Shown: piece after piece, positions 27,696 through 40,481 of the stretch | Numbering within the stretch: the stretch's first letter is position 1 | Layout of the letters: every line of letters begins with the position of its first letter | Assembly (NCBI GenBank): GCA_964016885.1 | Contig: OZ024741.1 | Location: 169,756,001 to 169,820,000, forward strand | Reading direction: 5' to 3' | DNA from: Eledone cirrhosa | Taxonomy: Eukaryota | Length of the DNA stretch: 64,000 nucleotides | Position numbers and translations under genes: made by a program | Notes under the pieces: model-generated | Told to the model about the DNA's origin: nothing | Databases searched by the model: none | Seen by the model: the letters and a program-made list of their open reading frames with translations, nothing else

Positions 27696-28387
27696 AATTG
27701 TCATAAAATATAAACACACATACGCACGGAGTGACAGAGATATATGTGTTTGTATGTGTGCATGTATATAATTATCACTACTATTAAAGACCAGAGACCA
27801 CCAATTCTGTAGAATAAGGTTTATTCGTTACAGACCATGCCTTTGTGTGACCAACACATCCATGTTAAACCCTGCACGTGCACACACATATATCTATATA
27901 TATATGCGCACACAGAATTCACCACTGTCGGTTGCGGGGCCCAATCTACATGAAGAACTCAATGTGATCAGAATGACTTGTATTTTAATTTCACTGTCCT
28001 AACTTCTTATATTATGGAAAAAATATATGTGTATGTATGTATATATATATATATATATGTTTGGAGGCCATTTTTCTGTGTGTGGGTGTATGTATGTGTA
28101 TATGTGTGTGTGTGTATGTGTGTGCATGTGGATGTATGTATTGTGTGTGCGCGTGTGTGTGTGTGTGTGTGTGTATGTATGTGTGTATCTGGATGTATGC
28201 GTATGTGTATATATATATGTGTGTGTGTGTGTATATATATGTGTGTGCATGTGTATATATGTGTGTGTGTGTGTGTGTGTGTTTGTATGTGTGTATGTAT
28301 ATATATATGTGTGTGTGTGTATGTATGTGTGGGTGTGTGTATATATATATATATATATATATGTGTATCTGGATGTATGCGTATGTG

Positions 28388-28418
<31 letters not shown>

Positions 28419-28657
28419 ATATATATGTGTGTGTATGTGTATATATGTGTGTGTGTGTGTTTGTATGTGTGTATGTATATATATGTGTGTGTGTGTGTGT
28501 GTGTATGTATGTGTGTATCTGGATGTATGTGTATGTATATATATGTGTGTGTATATATATATATGTGTGTGTATGTGTATATATGTGTGTGTATGTGTGT
28601 ATGTATATGTATGTGTGTGTGTATGTGTGTATATGTATATATATATATATATATATA

Positions 28658-30691
28658 GTATTAAGGGTACTATTTATGGTTATGTATGTAATAAAACCTT
28701 TAATGGTAATATATTATATATACAAACCCTAAATAGTGAAAGATAGTCATTAATTACTATCCTATTACCAGTAAGATAAATAGCTCAATGTAATAACATC
28801 AGTTGTTTTACAGAGCAGTTATATAGAGATTACAATAATCAAAGTTCAGTTTAAGTCATTTATTTGCTTACAATTGTTTCCTCCTAACCGAGGTTTGGAT
28901 TCTTCGGAGCAACTATTTACTGATCTATAACATACTTGACCTCCTTTTCAACCCAAGAGACACATAAAACATATGCGCATATTGATCAACAGTGGGGTGA
29001 CATTCATCAAATGGCAATTTACATGTAAAGGTTACAGGATAAAAATAAAAATAAAAATAAAAGCAAGAATGAAAATAAAGATAAACATGAAGCGTTGGCA
29101 GTCTATGAAGATAAAGCAAGAGGAAAGCTTAGAGTAGTCAGTGTATGAAACAATCTCACGTGTAGCATGCACGCGTGTCTTATTTATACATGATTAGAGT
29201 GCGTCAGAATGATATTTGCAGGGTCAGGCAGTTGAAGCAGGCAATCGATCTTATTATGTGGGCTGAATTATTAAGTCATTTATTCTCATACATCTGTATG
29301 ATATACAGTCTAGGATGCAGGGAAACACCAAAATATCACAAACTTTCAACATACTATAAACCTTATTGTATCGTAGGCAAAGCCGTACCACTGTCTTCGC
29401 TCACACCACCACTCACATAATCCATGAGACGCAATATATAGAACACGTGTCTATCGTATGATTCACGATGGTTCAGCAGATAATCAAGTTATAAACCGTA
29501 TCCAGTCGGTTCTTAATTAATAGATCATGCTGTCCAGATTCTGGAAGTGTCTGAATGACTAAGGGGAATTAATGCGTAAGGGGAGGTAACTAGCTAGTTA
29601 TCTTAGTTAAATTACTATCCTAAACTACCTTAATGGTGATTCATATCTGAACATTCTATAAGAGGAGTCAGACTCTCAAGTCAGACTCCTCTTATAGAAT
29701 GTTCAAGTCTGACTCCTCTTATAGAATGTTCAGATATGACACCCCTTAATGTATGGTAATCGGCCTAATATATACACCCTTGTACTTCTTAATGGACAAC
29801 TCTCTAACCTATACTTGGGAAACATACTCTAGAAATTAGTTATAACTTCATATGATAGGCACGTATTTGAATCACCATTAATGTAGTTTAGGATAGTAAT
29901 TTAACTAAGATAACTAGCTAGTTACCTCCCCTTACGCATTAATTCCCCTTAGTCATTCAGACACTTCCGGAATCTGGACAGCATGATCTATTAATTAAGA
30001 ACCGACTGGATACGGTTTATAACTTGATTATCTGCTGAACCATCGTGAATCATACGATAGACACGTGTTCTATATATTGCGTCTCATGGATTATGTGAGT
30101 GGTGGTGTGAGCGAAGACAGTGGTACGGCTTTGCCTACGATACAATAAGGTTTATAGTATGTTGAAAGTTTGTGATATTTTGGTGTTTCCCTGCATCCTA
30201 GACTGTATATCATACAGATGTATGAGAATAAATGACTTAATAATTCAGCCCACATAATAAGATCGATTGCCTGCTTCAACTGCCTGACCCTGCAAATATC
30301 ATTCTGACGCACTCTAATCATGTATAAATAAGACACGCGTGCATGCTACAAGTAAGATTGTTTCATACACTGACTACTCTAAGCTTTCCTCTTGCTTTAT
30401 CTTCATAGACTGCCAACGCTTCATGTTTATCTTTATTTTCATTCTTGCTTTTATTTTTATTTTTATTTTTATCCTGTAACCTTTACATGTAAATTGCCAT
30501 GCTATATCATTTGATGAATGTCACCCCACTGTTGATCAATATGCGCATATGTTTTATGTGTCTCTTGGGTTGAAAAGGAGGTCAAGTATGTTATAGATCA
30601 GTAAATAGTTGCTCCGAAGAATCCAAACCTCGGTTTGGAGGAAACAATTGTAAGCAAATAAATGACTTAAACTGAACTTTGATTATTGTAA

Positions 30692-30695
<4 letters not shown>
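28658..30695. mobile_element. Large fold-back insertion with ~820-bp inverted arms
   Basis: 28822-29643 is a near-perfect inverted copy of 29868-30695 (identical 81-aa ORFs on opposite strands); lies inside the PLE's own microsatellite. Confidence 0.85.
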
Positions 30696-30768
<73 letters not shown>

Positions 30769-31113
30769 GTATGTGTGGATGAAGGTATGTGTGTATATAT
30801 AGGTGTAAGTGCACTAAATCCCTTTCTATCACGCTCCCCTCTCCTACCAACCACAGGAAGATATATGTATGTATATTGCTTCCACCCCCTCACTGACCAG
30901 CAGCTGGCCAGCTGGCCATTGCTAAATCTGACCTTTATAAAATAACCCACACCCCCCAAATAACTTCTCATTCACTACCAGAAAGGCACACAGCAGTCAA
31001 CATGTTGCTACCAAGATGAAAACTACTATGAAATCCCACAATGAATTTTATACTTGAATTTTCAAATCTCAAATTTTAACTCTTCGTATTATTAATTTTT
31101 CTTAATATTAATC

Positions 31114-31161
31114 AACATTTGAAAAGATGGCTTTTGCAGACCCATCGAAACCGGTCATTTT
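31114..31161 (+). ncRNA. Hammerhead ribozyme of the Neptune-like terminal repeat, U3-A8 core
   Basis: AACAT TTGAAAA GATGG..CCATC GAAAC CG GTC ATTTT. Confidence 0.8.
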
Positions 31162-31263
31162 TTATACCCTTTATTATTTCCTTACCTTATAAAATTATAT
31201 GTTTTTTCACAAAAAAGTATTCTGTCTCTTATATATTCCATGTGCCATTACCAACCTCAATTT

Positions 31264-31296
<33 letters not shown>

Positions 31297-31428
31297 TTGA
31301 AAAGGGAGTAGAGTTCTATAGAAAAGAGTGGTTATAGAAAAAAGGTGAAATTGGTAAAGGAACCAAATAAATATATATATTTTTTTAAAAATAAGACTCC
31401 AGTTGCATTTTCGATTTCATCTTTTTTT

Positions 31429-31487
<59 letters not shown>

Positions 31488-31601
31488 AGATAAGCAGAAC
31501 AAGTAAAGTTCAACCAATTTTTCAAAATAAATCAAAATTAATTTACAATTAAAATTAATCAAAATTAAAAAATATAATATAAATATTTACCTATTCGAGT
31601 G

Positions 31602-31682
31602 GCTCTTACTGTACAGTTTCACTTTGCAAAACATTAGATATCACATGGATATTAATGGAAAAACAAAGATCATCAGAGAAGC
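31602..31682 (-). ncRNA. Hammerhead ribozyme with extended stem II
   Basis: GCTTCT CTGATGA T CTTTG..CATTA ATATC catgt GATAT C TAATG..CAAAG T GAAAC TGTACA GTA AGAGC. Confidence 0.85.
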
Positions 31683-31901
31683 ATTTTCCTTTCCTAGGGT
31701 TAAAAACCCCAGGAACGATAAAATATATGACCTCACTCCTACTAATACAGGTCTGAAAGGTCGTGAAAGTGACCCATAAATACGTTGGTGTAAAGTGAAG
31801 GCGGGAAATCGTAGACTTGTTGTCTATGTTCGCCACCAAAAAAAAAAAAAAAAATTAGCAGCTAGATAGAACGACATAATTTTTTCTCTACATAACGGAG
31901 A

Positions 31902-31953
<52 letters not shown>

Positions 31954-32356
31954 AAGTACAACAAGGCTATAACATAATACAATATAGATGTAAATAGCTC
32001 CCCTCAACCCTAACTTCAGAACAATAACAGGAAATAAAATACGCATTTAAATACTAAATAATATATATTTATATAAAAAACACTAATAATTAGAAACTTC
32101 TAGAATTGAATATTTGATCAATCAAATTAAAGAAGTTTATTTTGAGGATTGGAGAGAAATATATTTAAGTAAAATCAAAAATCGAATTAATATACACATT
32201 ATTTGTGTTGTGTAAATAAAGTATAATTGTTTTATATGATGTTTAAAAAATCTATTTACACACACAAATGCATGTTAGTGTCTGTGAGTGTGTGTGTACA
32301 TATCTTCATGTATGTACACATACGTGTCTCCCTCTTCTCTCTGTACACACACACAC

Positions 32357-32481
<125 letters not shown>

Positions 32482-32803
32482 CACAGCACTGATTAATCTA
32501 TAAAGATATTGGGGAAATTTTTGAAAATGTGTCTGCTTTTTTCTGAAAGCTTCCACAATGCATCTGAACTATAAAATATTCGAATAAGTCGGGTAAATTA
32601 TCCATGTATGCTGAAAAAACAAACAAACAAAACAATGGACACGGAGAGAATCGAACCACGTATCTCTCACATACCGGACAACTGCTATATCTATTGCACC
32701 AAACAGATCTAATTAAGGGCCTTAGTAGATGGCTAGAAATATAATTAACACTGAATCAGTATTGTTTAGATATCTAGCTAACTATTAAGGCTTCTAGTTA
32801 GAT

Positions 32804-33280
32804 CAGTGTTTCCCAACGTGGGCGCTAGCCCCCCTTTGTGGGCGCTGCTGTGTTGAAAGGGGGCGCTGGGAATTTTTCTTTCAAATTTTCAAAAATTTAA
32901 AAAACACTTTTCCACTTTGGCGACACCAAGCAAATTCCTGGCAGCATATGTAACTCGTATCGTTAAAGTGAACCCGCCTCCCCCCAAAAAACAAAAAAAA
33001 AAACAACAACATATGAATGGTGACAGATGACTAAAAGAAAAACAAAAAACAAAAAACAATGAATAAAAGCGAAAAGCTGAATGTGTGTATTTGTGTGCAA
33101 ATATATAAAGAATGGTGGTCAGAATTTTGGATGAAACTGGCTTTTGGGAGTGGCTGATATGTATGTTTGTGTATTTTTGAATGATTGCGTGTATGTGAGT
33201 GTGTTGCCGTTTTCAATTCCTTTCTGCGATTGAACTTAAATTGACCCCTGGTGATTAAAGGCCCAATCACACACGCGCAC

Positions 33281-33358
<78 letters not shown>

Positions 33359-33543
33359 ACACACACACACACGCACACATTTGTTTTAGGTTTTGTATCC
33401 ATTTAAATTGCGGCCATACACCAGAAAACGTGGTAAGTCTTATGAATTCAGTATCTTATTTTAAATTTAATTTGACAGGTGGGCGTTGACAAAAATGTTT
33501 GCGCCCAAAGAGGGCGCTGGCTGAGAAAAGGTTGAGAAACTCT
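32804..33543. mobile_element. hAT (Charlie-like) MITE
   Basis: TIRs CAGTGTTTCCCAAC / GTTGAGAAACTCT with subterminal GGGCGC repeats; nested in an older element with diverged inverted arms (~32530-32700 / 33600-33740). Confidence 0.65.
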
Positions 33544-33850
33544 AACTGTTAGATGGTGGAAGCTAGACATTTCGCTTTGGGGCAGTGATTATCTCAGTCA
33601 TACTCTATAGAAGAAATCTATGATTCGGTTCCCACAGTCGGTTCTATCCATCTCTTCTCCATCAACCGGAGCAATTTCTTAAAATTATTCCGCTATTTTA
33701 TAGTTGATAGGCATTGTGGCAGCTTTTCAAAAAAGCCAAAAAAGAAAAAAAGAAAAAAAGAAAAACAGAATTAGAGTTTTTTAAATGTTTACCCAAGTGC
33801 CGAAGCTTCTAATTTGACAGTGGAAGTCGGGCAAGTTACTTTGGTGTAAT

Positions 33851-34004
33851 GTTTATCACAGTCGTCTATCAAACATTAGATGCGTTGTTCGATTCCTGCA
33901 GATGGCTGTGTCCCTGTTGGGTAAATTAACTCTGCAGGGAAGGAACGGAACCATCTGCAGGAATCGAACAACGCATCTGATGTTTGATAGACCACAGTGA
34001 TAAA
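33851..34004. mobile_element. Short palindromic MITE-like element
   Basis: ~55-bp arms GTCTATCAAACATYAGATGCGTTGTTCGATTCCTGCAGATGG and reverse complement. Confidence 0.75.
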
Positions 34005-34110
34005 CCGCGCCGAGGTTAACTTTGCCTTTCATCCTTACGGGGTCGATAAAATAAAGTACCAGTAATACACTGGGATAATTGCTGGCCTTGTGCCAAAAGT
34101 AGAAACAATT
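34005..34110 (+). mobile_element. SINE 3' half
   Basis: GCCGAGGTTAACTTTGCCTTTCATCC...GTAGAAACAATT. Confidence 0.85.
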
Positions 34111-34804
34111 ATGTATATATATATATATAGATATATATATATATATATGGGAGTGCGTTTGTGTAAAGAGTCGTGTGCTTATAAAATTAAAGACGTAAAA
34201 AATGTCGGCATCAGCCGGTTCAAAGCACCTAGTCGGTATCTGGGAGATAAGGGGTTCGTTTCGTCGTAGCGGCTGATGGTGAATCTTTTTTCCGTCTTTA
34301 AGGCTCTTCATCCTATTTTATAAGCTATGTTATTTCTAGCTGTCGATAAACCTATTCACGCTACTGGCGTAACGGCTGAGCGATGTGTGTTTGTTTTAAA
34401 CCACACGTGCTTTTACACCGTTATCCCCTGATTTGCTTCGAGTGTGTGATCATAAATGGTTTAAATTTTCTCCTTTGCCGATGATCCAAGATTTGACATT
34501 TATGAATCACCGATTAATGGTGAAATATATTTCTTCAATGGCATATATACAAAGGAGATTATTCATTATTGCAAATAATCCAAAGTTCTTGTTTGTTTTT
34601 TAACTATGTGTGGTTACACTCTACAAATTATCCCCTGTAATTGTTTGATGTGTTTATTTTATATATATATATATATCATCTTACTTTTGATTTAATATTT
34701 GGAATCTTTTGGATTTACTATTTGGAATCTTTGAGCATATTCCACAGGTAGTGTATGGCACATGATTCTGATATTCTCAGACATGACATCCTTAATATAA
34801 TTTT

Positions 34805-34846
<42 letters not shown>

Positions 34847-34865
34847 AAAATATATATATATATAT

Positions 34866-35295
34866 ATAAAATATTAAAAAAATAATGAATAAAACAATGA
34901 AACAGTTCCTTATATTAAACAAAAAAAGTTCATTATTTAACGATCGTTTCTAGGATATATATGTGTTAGAATTGGCATGCATATTCAACAGATCTATGTA
35001 CAAAATTATACAAAATTATACAAACTATCAAAATTAAATATACATACCAACACATATATATGCCGTCTTCAGAAATAATGATTATTTCTGAAGACGGCAT
35101 ATATATGTGTTGGTATGTATATTTAATTTTGATAGTTTGTATAATTTTGTATAATTTTGTACATAGATCTGTTGAATATGCATGCCAATTCTAACACATA
35201 TATATCCTAGAAACGATCGTTAAATAATGAACTTTTTTTGTTTAATATAAGGAACTGTTTCATTGTTTTATTCATTATTTTTTTAATATTTTATC
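34866..35295. mobile_element. Perfect fold-back of two long-stem-II hammerheads (34932-35079 -, 35081-35228 +)
   Basis: ATTATTT CTGAAGA ...~115 nt... GAAAC GATC GTT AAATAAT; ~213-bp arms with essentially no spacer. Confidence 0.85.
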
Positions 35296-35423
35296 TTGAC
35301 TCTGTATTCCGTTTATCTTTCACCGAAAGTGATTTTTCATTGCATCTCTTCTTTCCATGATATCCAGATTACATTGAGTTCTTCATACGGATTGGACACT
35401 ACCGTAAACTCTTGGTAGATTTA

Positions 35424-35469
<46 letters not shown>

Positions 35470-35473
<4 letters not shown>

Positions 35474-35725
35474 ACAACAGGAGGAACATAATAGTACCAC
35501 TGATGATGTTGCAGATGTGCAACGAAAGAACCTTGTTAGATTATATATGTGTTTATATCTGTATTTTTGACCGTTGGTCAGTCAATGATAAACATTGAAG
35601 ACCAAATGAATTAACCGTGGAGATATAAAAGATACAGAAGCGAAAACCAACTAAACAATGAGTGTGTTCTGTTATTATTTCTGGCAATATTATTACAACA
35701 ATATGACCCTCCCCAAGTATAACAA
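35470..35725 (+). mobile_element. HHR cassette family B (HHR 35495-35539)
   Basis: CTGATGA T GTTGCA gatg TGCAAC GAAA; related copies at 63020-63280 and 4700-4800. Confidence 0.8.
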
Positions 35726-35932
35726 TATATATATATATATATATACATATATACTCACGAACACTCAAATATATCTATTTCGGGGGTATGAACTGTCTCA
35801 CCCTATTGGGGGAAAATCGACTAATTTTTAAATTGCATTTGTGATAATATTTTACACGTTTTTATTGTATGTAAAACTTCCACATTTGTATTTGTCCCCT
35901 TCTTTTGTGCCCCTGTGGCTAATAAAGAAACA

Positions 35933-36064
<132 letters not shown>

Positions 36065-36247
36065 AAAATGAAGTAATTCCGTCGGAAAAGTCCAGCCTCA
36101 CTTTCATATAGCTTGCTTTTTTTGTTTTTAAGATCCAAATTCAATAAACAAACCAGGATTTTTTCGTTCTGAGGATTGAAAGCAAAACCTTTTGCTTTTA
36201 AGAAACCACTGGTAAATGGAATAATTGCCTTATGTTGTTTATTACAT

Positions 36248-36278
<31 letters not shown>

Positions 36279-36321
36279 CGCACACACACACACGCGCGCA
36301 TATATATATATATATATATAT

Positions 36322-36519
36322 TCGCACCGTTTCCTTTCGCTATATGTCTCTCCACCACTCCCCTACACACCCTTTGAACTCTGTTCCCACACACTTCTCA
36401 CCTGAGGAAGGGCTTATGCCCGAAACGTCGTTCCACACCACCACCCCACTCTCCAGAGGGTGAAATTAATAAACATTCGTTGTACTGCCTCTCTGTTTTG
36501 TTCCTGTTCAAATTTTTCC

Positions 36520-36563
<44 letters not shown>

Positions 36564-36698
36564 GGAAAAATTTGAACAGGAACAAAACAGAGAGGCAGTA
36601 CAACGAAATATATATTTATTAAAATAACAGATTATATTTGATATATATTTATCCTTATCGAGCCCTCTTTGGATTTTAGTCTTCAAATTTATTATTAT

Positions 36699-36747
<49 letters not shown>

Positions 36748-36792
36748 AACGAGTAGGACCCCGACGGCTGAGCTCAAGCCGTTTCGACGGCT

Positions 36793-36826
<34 letters not shown>

Positions 36827-37042
36827 GTGAAAAATTGAACGGGAACAAAACAGAGAGGCAGTACGAACAAATGTTTATTAGTTTCACGCTGTTGAGAGTG
36901 GGGTGGTTGTGGGGGACGACGTTTCGGGCATAAGCCCTTCTTCAGGCGAAAAGTGTATGGGAAGAGAGTTCCAAGGGTGTGTGGAGAGTGGGGGGAGAGA
37001 CATTTAGAAGAAAGGGGGTGAGAGGAAACGGTACAAATGAAA

Positions 37043-37045
<3 letters not shown>
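36322..37045. mobile_element. Inverted pair of HHR cassettes (HHRs ~36398-36432 +, ~36914-36948 -) with nested fragments
   Basis: CTGA(G/A)GA A GGGC ttat GCCC GAAAC GTC on both strands; fragments of other families sit between (TA)n tracts. Confidence 0.8.
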
Positions 37046-37108
<63 letters not shown>

Positions 37109-37525
37109 TGTTAATGAATAGTCAGTTATTTTATTAAATTACGATTAACAATGATGATGATGTTGTCATTGTAATTATTTACCCCCTCATTGGCGTTGTT
37201 GTTGTTGCAATTGTTGTTAATGCTGCGCCGTCGACGTTGTCGTTGATATTGTTGTCGTCGTTTTTTCACCCGCAATAGTTCTATGATTCCAAAGGCATTC
37301 TAACTCTTTTTTATGTATCAGAGAATGCATTTTCCTTTTTGTTTTTAAATATAGACCTTAGGGCAAGATTTAAGAGTAATTTAGTTGATATTTTTAAACA
37401 GATCGAGCAACAATGAAAGGTTAGGATTCCTTTGATCATAGATTTTACAGGGTCATTGTCTAACCTAGGGCTAATGAATAAAAATAACAACAATAAACTA
37501 CTGTTTTTCACACACACACACACGC

Positions 37526-37580
<55 letters not shown>

Positions 37581-37934
37581 TGCATTCACACAAATACGCT
37601 CCATCACTCGCACAAACACGCTCCATCACTCAAACACAAACGCAAACACACATATTTACATACATTTACACATATACTCACATCCACATACACATCCACA
37701 TCCACATCCACATACATATACATACACATACATATACATACACATACATATACACATATACAGACACGTTGATCCAAGTGTTGCCAAGTCCTAGTAATTA
37801 ACATTACGTTAATTACCCGATATTTCTGTTCCAGTATTCTTACGACTTCCCACTTAAGCTGCAAGTGAGAACAGAGGCTCTAGGTTGTTGACAGATGTAA
37901 TGTATCAGAAGTAATTGTGTTTTCAGTACCAACC

Positions 37935-40335
37935 AAGCAGCACCGCTACCACCACCAGCATCGCCATCACCACCACCATCACCATCACCATCACCATCAC
38001 CATCGCCACCACCACCATCACCATCACCATCGCCACCACCACCGCCGCCATCACCATCAGCACCACCAACTCCACCACCACCGCCACCAACACCACCATC
38101 GCCATCACCACCGCCACCAGCACCACCAACTCCACCACCACCACCACCACCAACAACACCATCACCATCGCCACCACCACCGCCGTCACCATCAGCACCA
38201 CCAACTCCACCACCACCACCACCACCACCACCATCGCCATCACCACCGCCACCAGCACCACCAACTCCACCACCACCACCACCAACAACAAGACCATCAC
38301 CACCGCCGTCACCATCAGCACCACCAACTCCACCACCACCACCACCACCACCACCACCACCATCACCATCGCCACCACCACCGCCATCACCACCACCACC
38401 ACCACCACCACCACAACAACAACACCATCACCATCGCCATCACCACCGCCATCACCATCAGCACCACCAACTCCACCACCACCACCACCACCACCACCAC
38501 CATCACCATCGCCACCACCATCGCCATCACCACCACCACCAACACCACCATCGCCACAACCACCGCCGTCACCATCAGCATCAGCACCACCAACTCCACC
38601 ACCACCACCACCATCACCATCGCCACCACCATCACCATCACCATCAGCACCACCAACTCCACCACCACCACCACCACCACCATCACCATCGCCACCACCA
38701 CCGCCATCACCATCAGCACCAACACCACCACCACCACCACCACCACCACCACCACCACCATCGCCATCAGCACCACCAACTCCACCACCACCACCACCAC
38801 CACCACCACCACCACCACCACCACCACCACCACCACCACCACCACCACCACCACCACCACCATCAGCACCACTAACTCCACCACCACCACCACCACCACC
38901 ACCATCACCATCGCCACCACCACCGCCATCACCACCAACAACTCCACCACCACCACCACCAACACCACCATCACCATCACCACCGCCGTCACCATCAGCA
39001 CCACCAAATCCACCACCACCACCATCAACACCACCATCGCCATCACCACCGCCATCGCCATCAGCACCAGCAACTCCACCACCACCACCACCACCACCAC
39101 CATCGCCATCACCACGGCCATCACAATCAGCACTACCAAATCCACCACCACCACCATCAACACCGCCATCGCCACCACCACCGCCATCGCCATCAGCACC
39201 ACCACCACCGCCACCACCATCGCCATCACCACCGCCATCACCATCAGCACCACCAAATCCACCACCACCACCACAACCACTAACACCACCATCGCCACCA
39301 CCACCGCCATCACCATCAGCACCACCAACTACACCACCACCAACACCACCATCGCCACCACCACCGCCATCACCATCAGCACCACCAACTACACCACCAC
39401 CAACACCACCATCGCCATCACCACCGCCATCACCATCAGCACCACCAACTCCACCACCACCACCACCGCCACCCCAACCAACAACACCACCACACTTTCC
39501 TCCACCACTAACACCACCACCACCACAACAATCACCACCACCACCAACACCGCCATCGCCACCACCACCGCCATCGCCATCAGCACCACCAACCCCACCA
39601 TCAGCACCACCACCACCGCCATCACCACCGCCATCACCATCAGCACCACCAAATCCACCACCACCACAACCACTAACACCACCATCGCCACCACCACCGC
39701 CATCACCATCAGCACCACCAACTACACCACCACCAACACCACCATCGCCACCACCACCGCCATCACCATCAGCACCACCAACTACACCACCACCAACACC
39801 ACCATCGCCATCACCACCGCCATCACCATCAGCACCGCCAACTCCACCACCACCACCACCGCCACCCCAACCAACAACACCACCACACTTTCCTCCACCA
39901 CTAACACCACCACCTCCACAACAATCACCACCACCACCACCACCAACAACAACACCACAATCACCACCACCACCACCACCACCAACACCAACACCACTAC
40001 CACCACCACTACCACCACCACCAACGCCTCCACCATAATCACCACCGCCACCACCACCAACAACACCACTACAATCACCCCCCTCCCCCACACACGCACT
40101 ACAAACACCATCACCACCATCACCACCATCACCACCACCACCACCACCACAACCAACACCACCACCACCACCATAAATACCCCCCCGCCCTACAACCACC
40201 ACCACCACCACCAACACCACCACCACCACCATAAATACCCCCCACCCTACAACCACCACCGCCACCACCATTAATACACCCCCCTCTACACACACACTAC
40301 AACCACCACCACCACCACCACCACCAACAACAACA
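37935..40335. repeat. Degenerate (CAC/CAT)n trinucleotide array with a ~400-bp internal duplication
   Basis: Open in several frames as poly-T/P/H; ~39230-39540 is repeated at ~39625-39935. Confidence 0.9.
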
Positions 40336-40481
40336 CTCTTTCTATGTATTTATATTTAAGTTCAAGGAAGGATCCCAGCAGGGTGTTTAATCTTTTACAA
40401 ATAAATCTTTATGCAGTTCTGACTTGAAGGAAGGGGATTTCAAAGACTGCCAATTAGAAGTGTTTAGCCGCGTGTAATAAT

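Larger units (their letters stand above)
24811..31270 (+). mobile_element. Neptune-like PLE copy 1 (5'-truncated, carries a nested insertion)
   Basis: ORF1 remnant, RT-EN ORF, 3' UTR, internal (TG/TA)n, HHR-bearing terminal repeat 30770-31270; near-identical to 45862-50647. Confidence 0.92.

Noticed and set aside
27978-28746. Long YI/CV/HT-repeat ORFs here and across the window
   Set aside because: Translations of dinucleotide and tetranucleotide microsatellites
29175-30336. Two identical 81-aa ORFs
   Set aside because: A by-product of the inverted repeat; GTG start and no recognisable motif
32632-32705. tRNA gene on the minus strand
   Set aside because: Only a B-box-like GGTTCGATTC remains and no cloverleaf forms; a decayed repeat head
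37915-40295. 707-790 aa Pro/Thr/His/Gly-rich ORFs (extensin- or mucin-like)
   Set aside because: CAC-type repeats are stop-free in nearly all frames, the register slips mid-array, and there is no signal peptide or unique domain
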